A stretch of DNA of 64,000 bases from an uncultured Thermoleophilia bacterium (GTDB lineage: Bacteria > Actinomycetota > Thermoleophilia > UBA2241). Shown here piece by piece: positions 17,888 through 26,372 of the stretch. Under the pieces are notes generated by a model. It was not told the origin of the DNA. It did no database searches and saw only the letters and a list, made by a program, of their open reading frames with translations. The stretch is from the NCBI GenBank assembly GCA_963702475.1, contig CAVPCT010000006.1:289405-353404 (forward strand), read 5' to 3'. How positions within the stretch are numbered: position 1 is the stretch's first letter; every line of letters starts with the position of its first letter. The translations under genes and the position numbers were made by a program.

Positions 17888-18160
17888 TCAGCCGCCGGCG
17901 ATCATCGGGAAGACGGAGATCTCGTCGTCGTCCCCGAGCGGCGTGTCCAGCCCCTGCAGGTGCCGCACGTTGCGGCCGTTGACGAGGATGATGATCTCGG
18001 CGTGCAGAGCCTCCCCGTCGAACACGGTGCGCCGGAACAGCCGGCCGTAGCGCTCCGCGAGCTGCGTGAGCAGCTCGCGGAGATCGCTCGGTCGGCCGTC
18101 GATCCGGCGCTCCTGCTCCCTCGTGAGGGAGCGGATGGTGGCGAAGTACTTGACCGTCAT
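17888..18160 (-). CDS. MoaD/ThiS-family ubiquitin-like protein (C-terminal GG)
   Basis: 90 aa, MTVKYFATIRSL...ISVFPMIAGG. The start overlaps the AOR stop (ATGA). This is the C-terminal part of ORF 17888-19600. Confidence 0.75.
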   Translation of the reverse strand: MTVKYFATIRSLTREQERRIDGRPSDLRELLTQLAERYGRLFRRTVFDGEALHAEIIILVNGRNVRHLQGLDTPLGDDDEISVFPMIAGG

Positions 18161-19965
18161 GCCTTGAGCGAGAGCTCCTTCAGCTTCGCCTTGCTCGGCA
18201 CGCCGTCCTCGTCCCAGCCCCGCTTCGCGTAGTAGTCGGGCACCATGTGGCCGAGCTTGCTCACGTGGCCCTTGGATGCGCCGCTCTTGATGGGCTCTTC
18301 GAGCAGCCGCCTGGGCAGCGTGTCGTCGTCCTTGGTGAACCCGGCGGCGATGTTCCAGAGCTTCTCCTGGTTCCAGATCCGATCGCCGATGAGCAGGAAC
18401 TCCTGGAGCGTGTAGTCCTCGCCGGTGAGCGCGGACAGCATCTCCGTGAGCTCCTCGCCACCGATGCCGAAGGTCGAGAACAGGCACGCGCCGGTCGCGT
18501 CGAGCGCGGCCGTGAGGTTCTGGAAGGCGATGCCGAGGCCAGCCTTCTCGTCGGGGCTGTGCGGGTCTGAGCTGCCGCCGCTCTGCAGGATCTCGTGCGA
18601 GATGGTGTAGCCGCGCACGTGGCAGCCGCCGCGGTTGCTGGTCGCGTAGTTGAGGCCGATGCCCTGGATGGCGCGGGCGTCGTAGGCCGGCATCTCCTGC
18701 TTCTTGGCCGTCATGGAGTACTCGGGGTGGCCGTAGCCGTCCGCCAGGCGGTGGGAGCCCTGGGCGATCTTGGCGCCGAAGCCCTCGCCCTCGCCCGCCT
18801 TGCGCGTCATCTCGACGATCGCGGCGGCGTTGCCGAAGCTCAGGTCCACGCCGTCGGTGTCGGCGGTCGTGATGATGCCGCGCTGGAACAGCTCCATCGC
18901 GCAGGCGATCGTGGAGCCCGTGGAGATGGTGTCCATGCCGTACTCGTTGCACAGGTAGTTGGCCTTGGTGATGGCGTCCAGGTCGTCGACGCCGCAGTCG
19001 GCGCCGTAGGCCCAGGCGGTCTCGTACTCGGGGCCTTCGCCGATGCCCTCGTAGCCGGGGGCGTCGACCTTGGTGACGCGGCCGCAGGAGATGATGCAGC
19101 TGAAGCAGCCCTTCTTGCGGATCAGCTGCTTGGCGGCCAGGGACTCGCCGCCGGTCTTGTCGGCCGTCGGGAAGTACGCGTCCTGCCAGTTGCGAGTGGG
19201 CAGGCCGCCGGACTGGTTGAGGATGTTGACGAGCACGTCCGTTCCGTAGGCCGGCAGGCCGGTGCCGCCGACGGGGTGGTCGAAGATCAGCTGGCGCGCC
19301 TTGAGCACGGCCGCCTTGAAGCCCTCGGGGTCGGCCACCTGGACGGCGCCGGTGCCGAGTACGGCGACCGCCTTGAGGTTCTTGGAGCCCATCACCGCGC
19401 CGACGCCGGTGCGTCCCGCGGCGCGGTGCATGTCGTTCATGATGTTGGCGACCAGCGCCAGGTGTTCGCCGGCCGGGCCGATGCAGGCGACCTTGGCGTC
19501 GTCGTCGGTCTCGGCCCTGACCAGGTCGGTGGTGTCGGGCACGGTGTGGCCCCAAAGGGCCGCCGCGTCGCGGATCTCGACCTGGTCGTCCTTGATCCAC
19601 AGGTACACGGGCTTGGCGGCCTTACCCTCGATGATGACGGCGTCGTAGCCGGCGTACTTGACCTCCGGGCCGAAGTTGCCGCCCGAGTTGGAGGCGGCCA
19701 GCGAGTCGTTGAGGGCGCCCTTGGTGACGACGTTGTAGCGCCCGGCGGACGGCGCGAAGGTGCCGGTCAGCGGCCCGGTCGCGAAGACGAGCTTGTTCTT
19801 GGGCCCGAGGGCGTCCGCCTTGGGGTCGACCTCGGCGCGGATGATGGCGCCGCCCAGGCCGCGCGCGCCGATGAAGTCACGGGCGAGCTTGCGGTCGAGG
19901 GCCTCGCGGGTGACGCTGCCGCTGGTGAGGTCGATGCGGAGGATCGTTCCGGTCCAGCCGTACAT
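18157..19965 (-). CDS. aor: Aldehyde:ferredoxin oxidoreductase family (tungsto/molybdopterin) catalytic subunit
   Basis: MYGWTGTILRIDLTSG N-terminus, GCFSCIISC cluster motif, EGPEYETAWAYG and DATGACLF, at the full AOR length of about 600 aa. Confidence 0.95.
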   Translation of the reverse strand: MYGWTGTILRIDLTSGSVTREALDRKLARDFIGARGLGGAIIRAEVDPKADALGPKNKLVFATGPLTGTFAPSAGRYNVVTKGALNDSLAASNSGGNFGPEVKYAGYDAVIIEGKAAKPVYLWIKDDQVEIRDAAALWGHTVPDTTDLVRAETDDDAKVACIGPAGEHLALVANIMNDMHRAAGRTGVGAVMGSKNLKAVAVLGTGAVQVADPEGFKAAVLKARQLIFDHPVGGTGLPAYGTDVLVNILNQSGGLPTRNWQDAYFPTADKTGGESLAAKQLIRKKGCFSCIISCGRVTKVDAPGYEGIGEGPEYETAWAYGADCGVDDLDAITKANYLCNEYGMDTISTGSTIACAMELFQRGIITTADTDGVDLSFGNAAAIVEMTRKAGEGEGFGAKIAQGSHRLADGYGHPEYSMTAKKQEMPAYDARAIQGIGLNYATSNRGGCHVRGYTISHEILQSGGSSDPHSPDEKAGLGIAFQNLTAALDATGACLFSTFGIGGEELTEMLSALTGEDYTLQEFLLIGDRIWNQEKLWNIAAGFTKDDDTLPRRLLEEPIKSGASKGHVSKLGHMVPDYYAKRGWDEDGVPSKAKLKELSLKA

Positions 19966-19966
19966 C

Positions 19967-20449
19967 TCAGCTCACCTCCTGGAAGGCATCCTTGAACTTC
20001 GCCGCGTAGGCCTTCTTGCGGGCCTTCACCTGGGCGTCGTCGTCCAGGTACTCCAGGGCCTTGGTGGGGCAGAAGGCGACGCACTCGGGCGCGCCCTGGC
20101 AGTTGTCGCACTTGAAGATGCTGCTGGAGGCCGCGTCGTAGCGGGCGTTGCCGAACGGGCAGGCGATCACGCACATCTTGCAGCGGATGCACTTGGCCTC
20201 GTCGTAGTCGATGAGGCCGGCGATCGTGTAGCTGGGGTGCATGGCTCCGGTGGGGCAGACGGTGACGCAGGCTGCGTCGTCGCACTGCTGGCACATCATC
20301 GGCACCGAGATGCCCTCGCGCTCCCAGGTGAACGCCTGGACGCGCGAGGCTCCCGGACGGAACCTGCCCTCGTGCTCGAACGAGCACGCGAGCTCGCAGT
20401 TGCGGCACCCGGTGCACTTGTCCGGGTGGATCATCAGGACCTTGGCCAT
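19967..20449 (-). CDS. 4x[4Fe-4S] ferredoxin-like electron-transfer subunit (AorA/DmsB-like)
   Basis: Four cluster motifs: CTGCRNCELAC, CQQCDDAACVTVCP, CIRCKMCVIACP and CDNCQGAPECVAFCP. ATG 20449 lies after GGAGGA, and the stop is 1 nt before the aor start. Confidence 0.9.
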   Translation of the reverse strand: MAKVLMIHPDKCTGCRNCELACSFEHEGRFRPGASRVQAFTWEREGISVPMMCQQCDDAACVTVCPTGAMHPSYTIAGLIDYDEAKCIRCKMCVIACPFGNARYDAASSSIFKCDNCQGAPECVAFCPTKALEYLDDDAQVKARKKAYAAKFKDAFQEVS

Positions 20450-20500
20450 GGCATCCTCCTGCTGGGAGCACTGTTGCCGCCGGCGCGGCCGGCCGGGAGC

Positions 20501-20623
20501 GCGCCGCTCTGCGTGTGCGGCGGACCGTCGATCCAGAGGATGCTGCACACGCCCCTGGGCGGCGAGTCGACGGGCGACCACTCTTGGCCGTGGCGGATTG
20601 GGCGTGTGCACAGGCGCCGCTCT
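20501..20623. promoter_or_regulatory. Repeated GCGTGTGC / GCGCCGCTCT motifs in the aor promoter region (candidate operator)
   Basis: GCGTGTGC is at 20511-20518 and 20602-20609, with its complement GCACACGC at 20545-20552. GCGCCGCTCT is at 20501-20510 and 20614-20623. Confidence 0.3.
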
Positions 20624-20666
20624 CGCGGGCTGCCGCGAGGGGCGGCCTCGCCCGACGCGTGCCGAG

Positions 20667-20686
20667 GCCGCACCGGGGGGTGCGGC
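20667..20686 (-). terminator. Hairpin abutting the PucR-family gene stop
   Basis: 8-bp stem GCCGCACC / GGTGCGGC with a GGGG loop. The last base is part of the stop codon. No U-tract. Confidence 0.3.
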
Positions 20687-22170
20687 TAGCTGGAAGGCTC
20701 GCCGAGCAGCTCGGCCGCGTGCAGACCGAGGCGCACGTCGACGACCGCGTCCAGGTCGCCGAGGTCGACACCGAGCAGCTGCTCGACGTGGGCGAGGCGT
20801 TTCTGCAGCGTGTTGCGGTGGATGTGGAGCGCGTCGGCCGTCTCCTGGACGGCGAGCCGGCGCTCGAAGTAGGTACGCAAGGTCGCGTACAGGCTGGCGC
20901 GGTGCTGCGCGTCGTAGTCCAGGACCGGGCCGAAGGTCCGCGCGACGATGCCGGTCAGCTCCTGCTCGTCGAGCGCGTCGAGGAGGCGGAAGTGGCCGCT
21001 CAACTCCTCGAAGACGCCGCCTTCGCCGGGGTTGTGCGCGAGGCGCGCGGCGATGCAGGCTGCCTTGGCCTGCTGCAGCCCGCGGGCGGCGCCGATGACC
21101 CCACCGAGCGGCGCCGAGCAGCCTGCAACGACGCCGCCGTCGCTGACCGGCGCGGCGGCATCGCGTAGACCGGCGAGCAGGCCTCGCGCCGTGCCGGGCC
21201 CGGCGTCGGGCACGGCGGTGAGGATGACCGCCCTGTGGTCCACCGACGCCGTCAGATAGGGGACGCGGCGCGCGCTCAGCGCAGCGTCCAGCGCGTGCAG
21301 CAGGTCAGCCTCGCGACCGGCGGCCTTGTCCGTCCGCATGGTCCTGGCTGCCGGGTCGAGCGGCTCGACGACGGCCAGACGGAGCACGGCATCGTCGGCG
21401 AAGCCTTGGGCCTGCAGCCGCACCCGCAGCTCGTCGGGCGTGCCGTCGCCGTTGAGCACGTCGTGGAGCAGTCCGCGGCGCAACCTGCGCCGCATGCGCA
21501 GCTCGTCCTTGCCGCGCAGCAGGTCCAGGGCCACGAGCTGCTGCATGAAGACGAGCGAGGCGCCGGCGAACTCCGACGGCCGGTGCCGGCCGATCCTGGC
21601 CGCGAGGACCCGCTCGACCCTGCCCATCACGAGCACGTCGCGGAAGGACACGCGCTCGCCGGTGCTCGTGATGGATGCCGCGTCGGCCTGGCGGTCCCGC
21701 TCCTCGTAGGCGGCCCACAGGCTCCGCTCGAGTTCCGGTGCGGCGCCGGCGCTGCGCGAGGCGCACACCACGTGGCCCTGCGGGTCGAAGAGGACGAGGG
21801 GGACGTCGAGGATCGAGGCGACCCGCTCGACCAGTTCGGCCACGTCCTTCTGCTGGACGACGAGCTCGAGAAGCTGGATCTGCAGCGCGGCGGTGCGCCG
21901 CAGCGTCTGCATGTCGCCGGCGGCCGTAGCCGGCCCCCCATCCTCGTCGTGCTCCTGACGCCTGAGCGCCTCCTCGAGTTCCTCGGTGTGCAGGCGCACC
22001 TGGTCCTGCAGCATGATCGTCGTCTGAAAGAGGCCGAAGTCCGAGCCCTGGACCTTCGTCCCGGCCTCCGCACGGTCCATGAGTGCGTCGACCACCTTGT
22101 TGAGCCGCACGATCTCGGCCTTCAGGGCTTGAACGTCGTCGCCGGGGGCGTTGTGCGAGAGGTCAGTCAT
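20686..22170 (-). CDS. PucR/CdaR-family transcriptional regulator with an N-terminal coiled coil
   Basis: C-terminal HTH LAVQETADALHIHRNTLQKRLAHVEQLLGVDL. N-terminal heptad-like DVQALKAEIVRLNKVVDALMDRAEAG. The start overlaps the FIST stop by 8 nt. Confidence 0.85.
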   Translation of the reverse strand: MTDLSHNAPGDDVQALKAEIVRLNKVVDALMDRAEAGTKVQGSDFGLFQTTIMLQDQVRLHTEELEEALRRQEHDEDGGPATAAGDMQTLRRTAALQIQLLELVVQQKDVAELVERVASILDVPLVLFDPQGHVVCASRSAGAAPELERSLWAAYEERDRQADAASITSTGERVSFRDVLVMGRVERVLAARIGRHRPSEFAGASLVFMQQLVALDLLRGKDELRMRRRLRRGLLHDVLNGDGTPDELRVRLQAQGFADDAVLRLAVVEPLDPAARTMRTDKAAGREADLLHALDAALSARRVPYLTASVDHRAVILTAVPDAGPGTARGLLAGLRDAAAPVSDGGVVAGCSAPLGGVIGAARGLQQAKAACIAARLAHNPGEGGVFEELSGHFRLLDALDEQELTGIVARTFGPVLDYDAQHRASLYATLRTYFERRLAVQETADALHIHRNTLQKRLAHVEQLLGVDLGDLDAVVDVRLGLHAAELLGEPSS

Positions 22171-23305
22171 CGTCCCGTCCGCCGCCGAAGGCGATCGCCG
22201 TGAGTGTCTGGTTCACGTGGACCCCGCAGAACTGCTCCCCGTAGGTGTTGAAGCCGATCGCGTTGTTCCGCCGCAGCACCTTGCTCACGGCGTCGCGCTG
22301 GCCGCTCTGGTCGATCTCGAGCTTGCGGAGGATGCAGTCGAACGTCAGCACGAGCTGGGGAGGCCCGACCTGGGCGCGAGCGCGGGCCAGGGCCGCCTCG
22401 AGGTTGTCGACCAGGTCGACGCCTCTGGCGATGCGCAGGACCACGCCACGGTCGATGGCGCAGTAGAGCTTGAGCCCGTCCGGCTCGACGCGCTGGATGG
22501 AGCGCACGTACTCGCTCCCGTCTACGAGGACGACCATCGGCGAGGCGGCGAAGTGCGCCGGGCCCAGCTCGGCGGGGTCGATGCCGAGCAGGCGCGCGTA
22601 TTCCTCGGCCGCCGGCAGCCCGTTGATCTCACGCACCAGGCGCCTGGCCGGGTCCGCCTCCGTCACCACGAGGCGCTCATCGGTGGCCGTGAAGTGCTGG
22701 GTCTTGAACTCGGCGATGGGCAGCGGCGTGGCGGCGAGCACGAGGACGGCCGCGTCGCGCGAGAAGCGGCCGTCGCAGTAGACGTAGGTCCCCTCGAAGT
22801 CCAGCGAGTCCCCCGCGGAGCCGCCGACGAGTGGGATGTCGCCGAGCCCCTCCTGCAGCGCGTGGGCGACCTGCTCCTCGTGCCCGAACAGGCCGTCGAC
22901 GAGGAGGAAGGCGAAGGTGTTCCACGTGCCGTCCCCGACGAGGTCGCCCAGCCGGCGGCGCAGGTCCTGGGCGACGGCGACGCCGTCCGCGCTGCGGAAG
23001 GAGTCGAGCCCCTCGAGGCGCCCGATGACCGCGGTGCAGACACGCGCTGCGAAGCTCACGCCGGCGAGGCTGTGCTCCCGGCAGCCGGCCGGGCCGATCT
23101 CGCCGGCGGTGGTGCAGCCGACCACGGGCACGCCGGCGAAGCGGACGGCCATCTCCGCCGCGAGCGCGTCGCGGTCGTAGCGGCTCGAGCAGAAGAACAG
23201 CACCAGCGACGCGTCGGGCTGTGTGATGCTGTCGTGCAGCTCAGCCGCAGCCTCGCTGGGGTCGTGTGCGCATGACTGTGCGATGCGGATGGTCTCGTCG
23301 GCCAC
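22163..23305 (-). CDS. FIST (FIST_N + FIST_C) sensory domain protein
   Basis: This is the C-terminal 380 aa of ORF 22163-25723. Contains LVLFFCSSRYD, VVGCTTAGEIGP, FLLVDGL, PLVGGSAGD, and FNTYGEQF near the C-terminus. GTG 23305 was chosen as the first in-frame start after the antisense-typA part, so the start is uncertain. Confidence 0.78.
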   Translation of the reverse strand: MADETIRIAQSCAHDPSEAAAELHDSITQPDASLVLFFCSSRYDRDALAAEMAVRFAGVPVVGCTTAGEIGPAGCREHSLAGVSFAARVCTAVIGRLEGLDSFRSADGVAVAQDLRRRLGDLVGDGTWNTFAFLLVDGLFGHEEQVAHALQEGLGDIPLVGGSAGDSLDFEGTYVYCDGRFSRDAAVLVLAATPLPIAEFKTQHFTATDERLVVTEADPARRLVREINGLPAAEEYARLLGIDPAELGPAHFAASPMVVLVDGSEYVRSIQRVEPDGLKLYCAIDRGVVLRIARGVDLVDNLEAALARARAQVGPPQLVLTFDCILRKLEIDQSGQRDAVSKVLRRNNAIGFNTYGEQFCGVHVNQTLTAIAFGGGRDDD

Positions 23306-23435
23306 AAGCAGCCCCTGCTCGCCGTCGGTCCGGGGCTCTGCCCCGTGCGTAGTCAAGGGCCCATGATACTGCGGAGCCCTCCCTGCGGTGCTGCCTCGCG
23401 GCGTGCCGCTGAGTATGGGGTACAGTGGGGACCAG

Positions 23436-23648
23436 ATGGAGACGCTCGGCATTGTGGCTCTTGTCGTTGGACTCGCCTTGGTGGCGCTGCTGGCGGCTGC
23501 GCTGATCTGGTGGATCGCCAGGCGCATCGGTCGCGCCACGGGACTGGACCGCAAGGTCGACCAGTTCCTGGAGATCGATGGCGACGGCATGTCGCCGGAG
23601 GACCAGCTGAAGTTCCGCGAGCAGCACCCGGGCGGCGGGGGGGCGTGA
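23436..23648 (+). CDS. Small single-TM protein (hypothetical)
   Basis: METLGIVALVVGLALVALLAAALIWWIARRIG followed by a hydrophilic tail. No family recognised. Confidence 0.25.
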   Translation: METLGIVALVVGLALVALLAAALIWWIARRIGRATGLDRKVDQFLEIDGDGMSPEDQLKFREQHPGGGGA

Positions 23649-23821
23649 CCCGAGGCTCGGCCGGCCGGCAGCGGCGGCCGTAGCCGCACGGGGCGCGGCG
23701 CGGGCGACGAAGCCGCTCCCGCGCGGTACACTAGGGTACGCCCGGCCGGCGAAGCCGCGCCGGGCCTTCGCGCCTCAGCGGCCTCATCACCGTCATCCAC
23801 TCCGACAGAAAGACCCCGACC

Positions 23822-25780
23822 GTGCACGCTGTCGACAAGATCCGCAACCTCGCCATCATCGCCCACATCGATCACGGCAAGACCACGCTGATCGACAGCA
23901 TCTTCCGCGCCGCCCACGTGTTTCGCGACAACGCGCGCGTCGAGGAGCGCGTGATGGACAGCAACGACCTGGAGCGGGAGCGCGGCATCACCATCCGCTC
24001 CAAGCACTGCACGGTGGAGTGGAAGGACTACCTCATCAACATCATCGACACGCCGGGCCACGCCGACTTCTCCGGCGAGGTGGAGCGCGTGCTCAGCATG
24101 GTCGACTCGGTGCTCCTTCTCGTGGACGCCAACGAGGGCCCCATGCCGCAGACGCGCTACGTGCTCATGCGGGCGCTCGGGTTCGGGCTGCGGCCCATCG
24201 TCATCGTGAACAAGGCCGACCGGCCGAACGCCGACCCGTCCGGCGCCCTCGACAGGACCTTCGACCTCTTCGTGGAGCTGGGCGCCAGCAACGAGCAGCT
24301 GGACTTCCCAGTGCTCTACGGCTCGGGCCTCGAGGGTTGGATCGTCAACGACATCGACGAGTACAAGAAGGAAGAGCACGAGCGCGAGGAGCACCTCCAC
24401 GACGGCGCCGGGCTCTCGCCGGCGCTGTTGCGGGAGCTGGCCGACGCCGGCATGAACGACCTCTTCGAGACGATCGTCGAGAAGGTGCCGGCGCCCCAGG
24501 TGGTCCAGGACGCGCCCTTCCTCATGCAGGTCAGCACGCTCGCCTGGAGCGACTACATCGGGCGCATCGGCTGTGGCCGCGTGCTGCAGGGCGGCCTGAA
24601 GGTCGGCGACGAGCTGCAGCGCATCACGACGCGGCACCTGGAGGTCGGCGATCCGGACGCCGGCTGGGAGATCACGGGTTCGCAGTCCGCCCGTGTGACC
24701 CACGTCTGGGTGACGCGCGGCCTCGAGAACCGCGAGGTGGACGAGGCGGTGGCCGGCGACATCGTCTGGCTCGCCGGCCCCGACGACATCACCCTCGGCG
24801 ACACCCTGACCGCGCCCGGCCTGGAGCCGGACGCCGCGGCCCTGCCGCCACTCGAGATCGAAGAGCCCACGGTCTCCATGTTCTTTCTCGTGAACAACGG
24901 CCCGTTCGCCGGCCAGGACGGCAAGGCCGCCACGCTGCGCCAGATCAAGGACCGTCTGGATCGAGAGCTGCGCGTCAACGTCGCGCTCCGTGTGGAGGAC
25001 CTGGGGCGGCCGGACGGCGTCAAGGTGTCCGGCCGCGGCGAGCTGCACCTTGCCATCCTCATCGAGGAGATGCGCCGCGAGGGCATGGAGCTGTGCGTGA
25101 GCCGGCCCGAGGTCATCACCCACCGCGACTCGGCGGGCCACCTCATGGAGCCGATGGAGCAGCTGATCATCGACGTGCCCGAGGAGTACCAGGGCGCGAT
25201 CATCCAGGAGATCAGCCTGCGTAAGGGCGAGCTCGTCGCCGTGGAGGCCACCGGCACCGGCCTGGTGCGACTGGAGTTCACGATCACGACACGCGGGCTC
25301 ATCGGCTACCGCAACGACTTCCTCACGGAGACGCGCGGCCTGGGCGTGATGAGCTCGCGGTTCACCGGCTATGGCCGCTGGAAGGGCGAGCTCCCCGGGC
25401 GCGAGCGCGGATCGCTGGTGAGCCAGGCGGCCGGTGAAGCGGCGAGCTACTCGCTCGAGAACCTGCAGCAACGCGCGACCCTCTTCGTGACGAACATGAC
25501 GCCGGTCTACGAGGGCATGATCGTCGGTGAGAACTCGCGCGCCGACGACATGCTGTGCAACCCCACCAAGCGCAAGCAGCTTGGCAACTACCGCTCGTCC
25601 ACCAAGGAGATCGACGCCGGCCTCAAGGTGCCGCGCCCGCTCACCCTGGAGTCGGCCCTCGAGTGGATCGCCGACGACGAGCTCGTCGAGGTGACGCCCA
25701 AGATCGTGCGCGTGCGCAAGCACATCCTCAGCTCAGAGCAGCGCAAGAAGTTCGAGAAGCACGGGGCGGCCGAGGCCTGA
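23822..25780 (+). CDS. typA: Translational GTPase TypA/BipA
   Basis: G motifs [21 protein letters not shown] and VNKADR, followed by EF-G-like domains. GTG start. Confidence 0.95.
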   Translation: MHAVDKIRNLAIIAHIDHGKTTLIDSIFRAAHVFRDNARVEERVMDSNDLERERGITIRSKHCTVEWKDYLINIIDTPGHADFSGEVERVLSMVDSVLLLVDANEGPMPQTRYVLMRALGFGLRPIVIVNKADRPNADPSGALDRTFDLFVELGASNEQLDFPVLYGSGLEGWIVNDIDEYKKEEHEREEHLHDGAGLSPALLRELADAGMNDLFETIVEKVPAPQVVQDAPFLMQVSTLAWSDYIGRIGCGRVLQGGLKVGDELQRITTRHLEVGDPDAGWEITGSQSARVTHVWVTRGLENREVDEAVAGDIVWLAGPDDITLGDTLTAPGLEPDAAALPPLEIEEPTVSMFFLVNNGPFAGQDGKAATLRQIKDRLDRELRVNVALRVEDLGRPDGVKVSGRGELHLAILIEEMRREGMELCVSRPEVITHRDSAGHLMEPMEQLIIDVPEEYQGAIIQEISLRKGELVAVEATGTGLVRLEFTITTRGLIGYRNDFLTETRGLGVMSSRFTGYGRWKGELPGRERGSLVSQAAGEAASYSLENLQQRATLFVTNMTPVYEGMIVGENSRADDMLCNPTKRKQLGNYRSSTKEIDAGLKVPRPLTLESALEWIADDELVEVTPKIVRVRKHILSSEQRKKFEKHGAAEA

Positions 25781-25806
25781 GGCCGGGCTGGCCCTGTGCC
25801 GGACTG

Positions 25807-25992
25807 TCAGGGCTCCGTGATCTCGAGATCCCGGCAGATCTTACGGGCGAGGAAATCGTTGATCTCGCGATGCCTGGGCACCGCGGTCGCTTCGCCAACA
25901 GACCGATTCACGTCGACGGAGTGCCGGCCGCCCTCGCGGAGCAGTTCGCAGCCATGACTCTCGAGGTGGCGGACGAGATCGGCGTGCTTCAC
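25807..25992 (-). CDS. hicA: HicA-family mRNA interferase toxin
   Basis: 61 aa, MKHADLVRHLESHGCELLREGGRHSV...AVPRHREINDFLARKICRDLEI. The GTG start overlaps the hicB stop (GTGA). Confidence 0.85.
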   Translation of the reverse strand: MKHADLVRHLESHGCELLREGGRHSVDVNRSVGEATAVPRHREINDFLARKICRDLEITEP

Positions 25993-26210
25993 GCGGAGAT
26001 GCGCAACGGCTCGCGGATCACGTCCCGGTCGCCGAGCCGTTCTTCTGCCAGAAGGCGGTTGGCGTCCAGAACGAGCTCGACGGCCTCGACGAGGTTCTCT
26101 CGAGCCTCGTCCAGAGTAGCTCCCTGCGTGTTCGCCCCCGGGAGCTCCTCGACGTAGCCGATGTAGCCCTCAGGCACCTGTTCGAAGACCGCTGTCAACT
26201 CGAGCTGCAT
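25989..26210 (-). CDS. hicB: HicB-family antitoxin
   Basis: 73 aa, MQLELTAVFEQVPEGYIGYVEELPGANTQGATLDEARENLVEAVELVL. ATG 26210 follows AGGAGG. Confidence 0.75.
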   Translation of the reverse strand: MQLELTAVFEQVPEGYIGYVEELPGANTQGATLDEARENLVEAVELVLDANRLLAEERLGDRDVIREPLRISA

Positions 26211-26372
26211 GTGAACGCTACCTCCTTGATCCCACTGTAGCATGCGGCCGGCGAGTCACGACGGCTCCCCGCCTCACGCGGAGGTGACGTTGTCATGGAG
26301 TCTCAGGCGTTCCGCCGGTCGCGCACCATCAGGCCGACCTCGCAGCCCAGCACCCGCAGCGGCGACAGCGCT

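Noticed and set aside
20463-20477. Sigma-54-like -24/-12 element TGGGAG-N5-TTGC
   Set aside because: The spacing of GG and GC is right. However, it lies on the plus strand pointing away from the aor operon, inside the operon's 5' leader. No enhancer-binding protein is encoded nearby, and the apparent phylum generally lacks sigma-54.
23306-25723. N-terminal roughly 800 codons of the 1186-aa ORF 22163-25723
   Set aside because: This part is antisense to the clearly genuine typA gene, and its sequence is low-complexity and rich in Arg, Ala, Gly and Val. Only the last 380 codons (the FIST protein) look real. This is a typical high-GC open-frame artefact.
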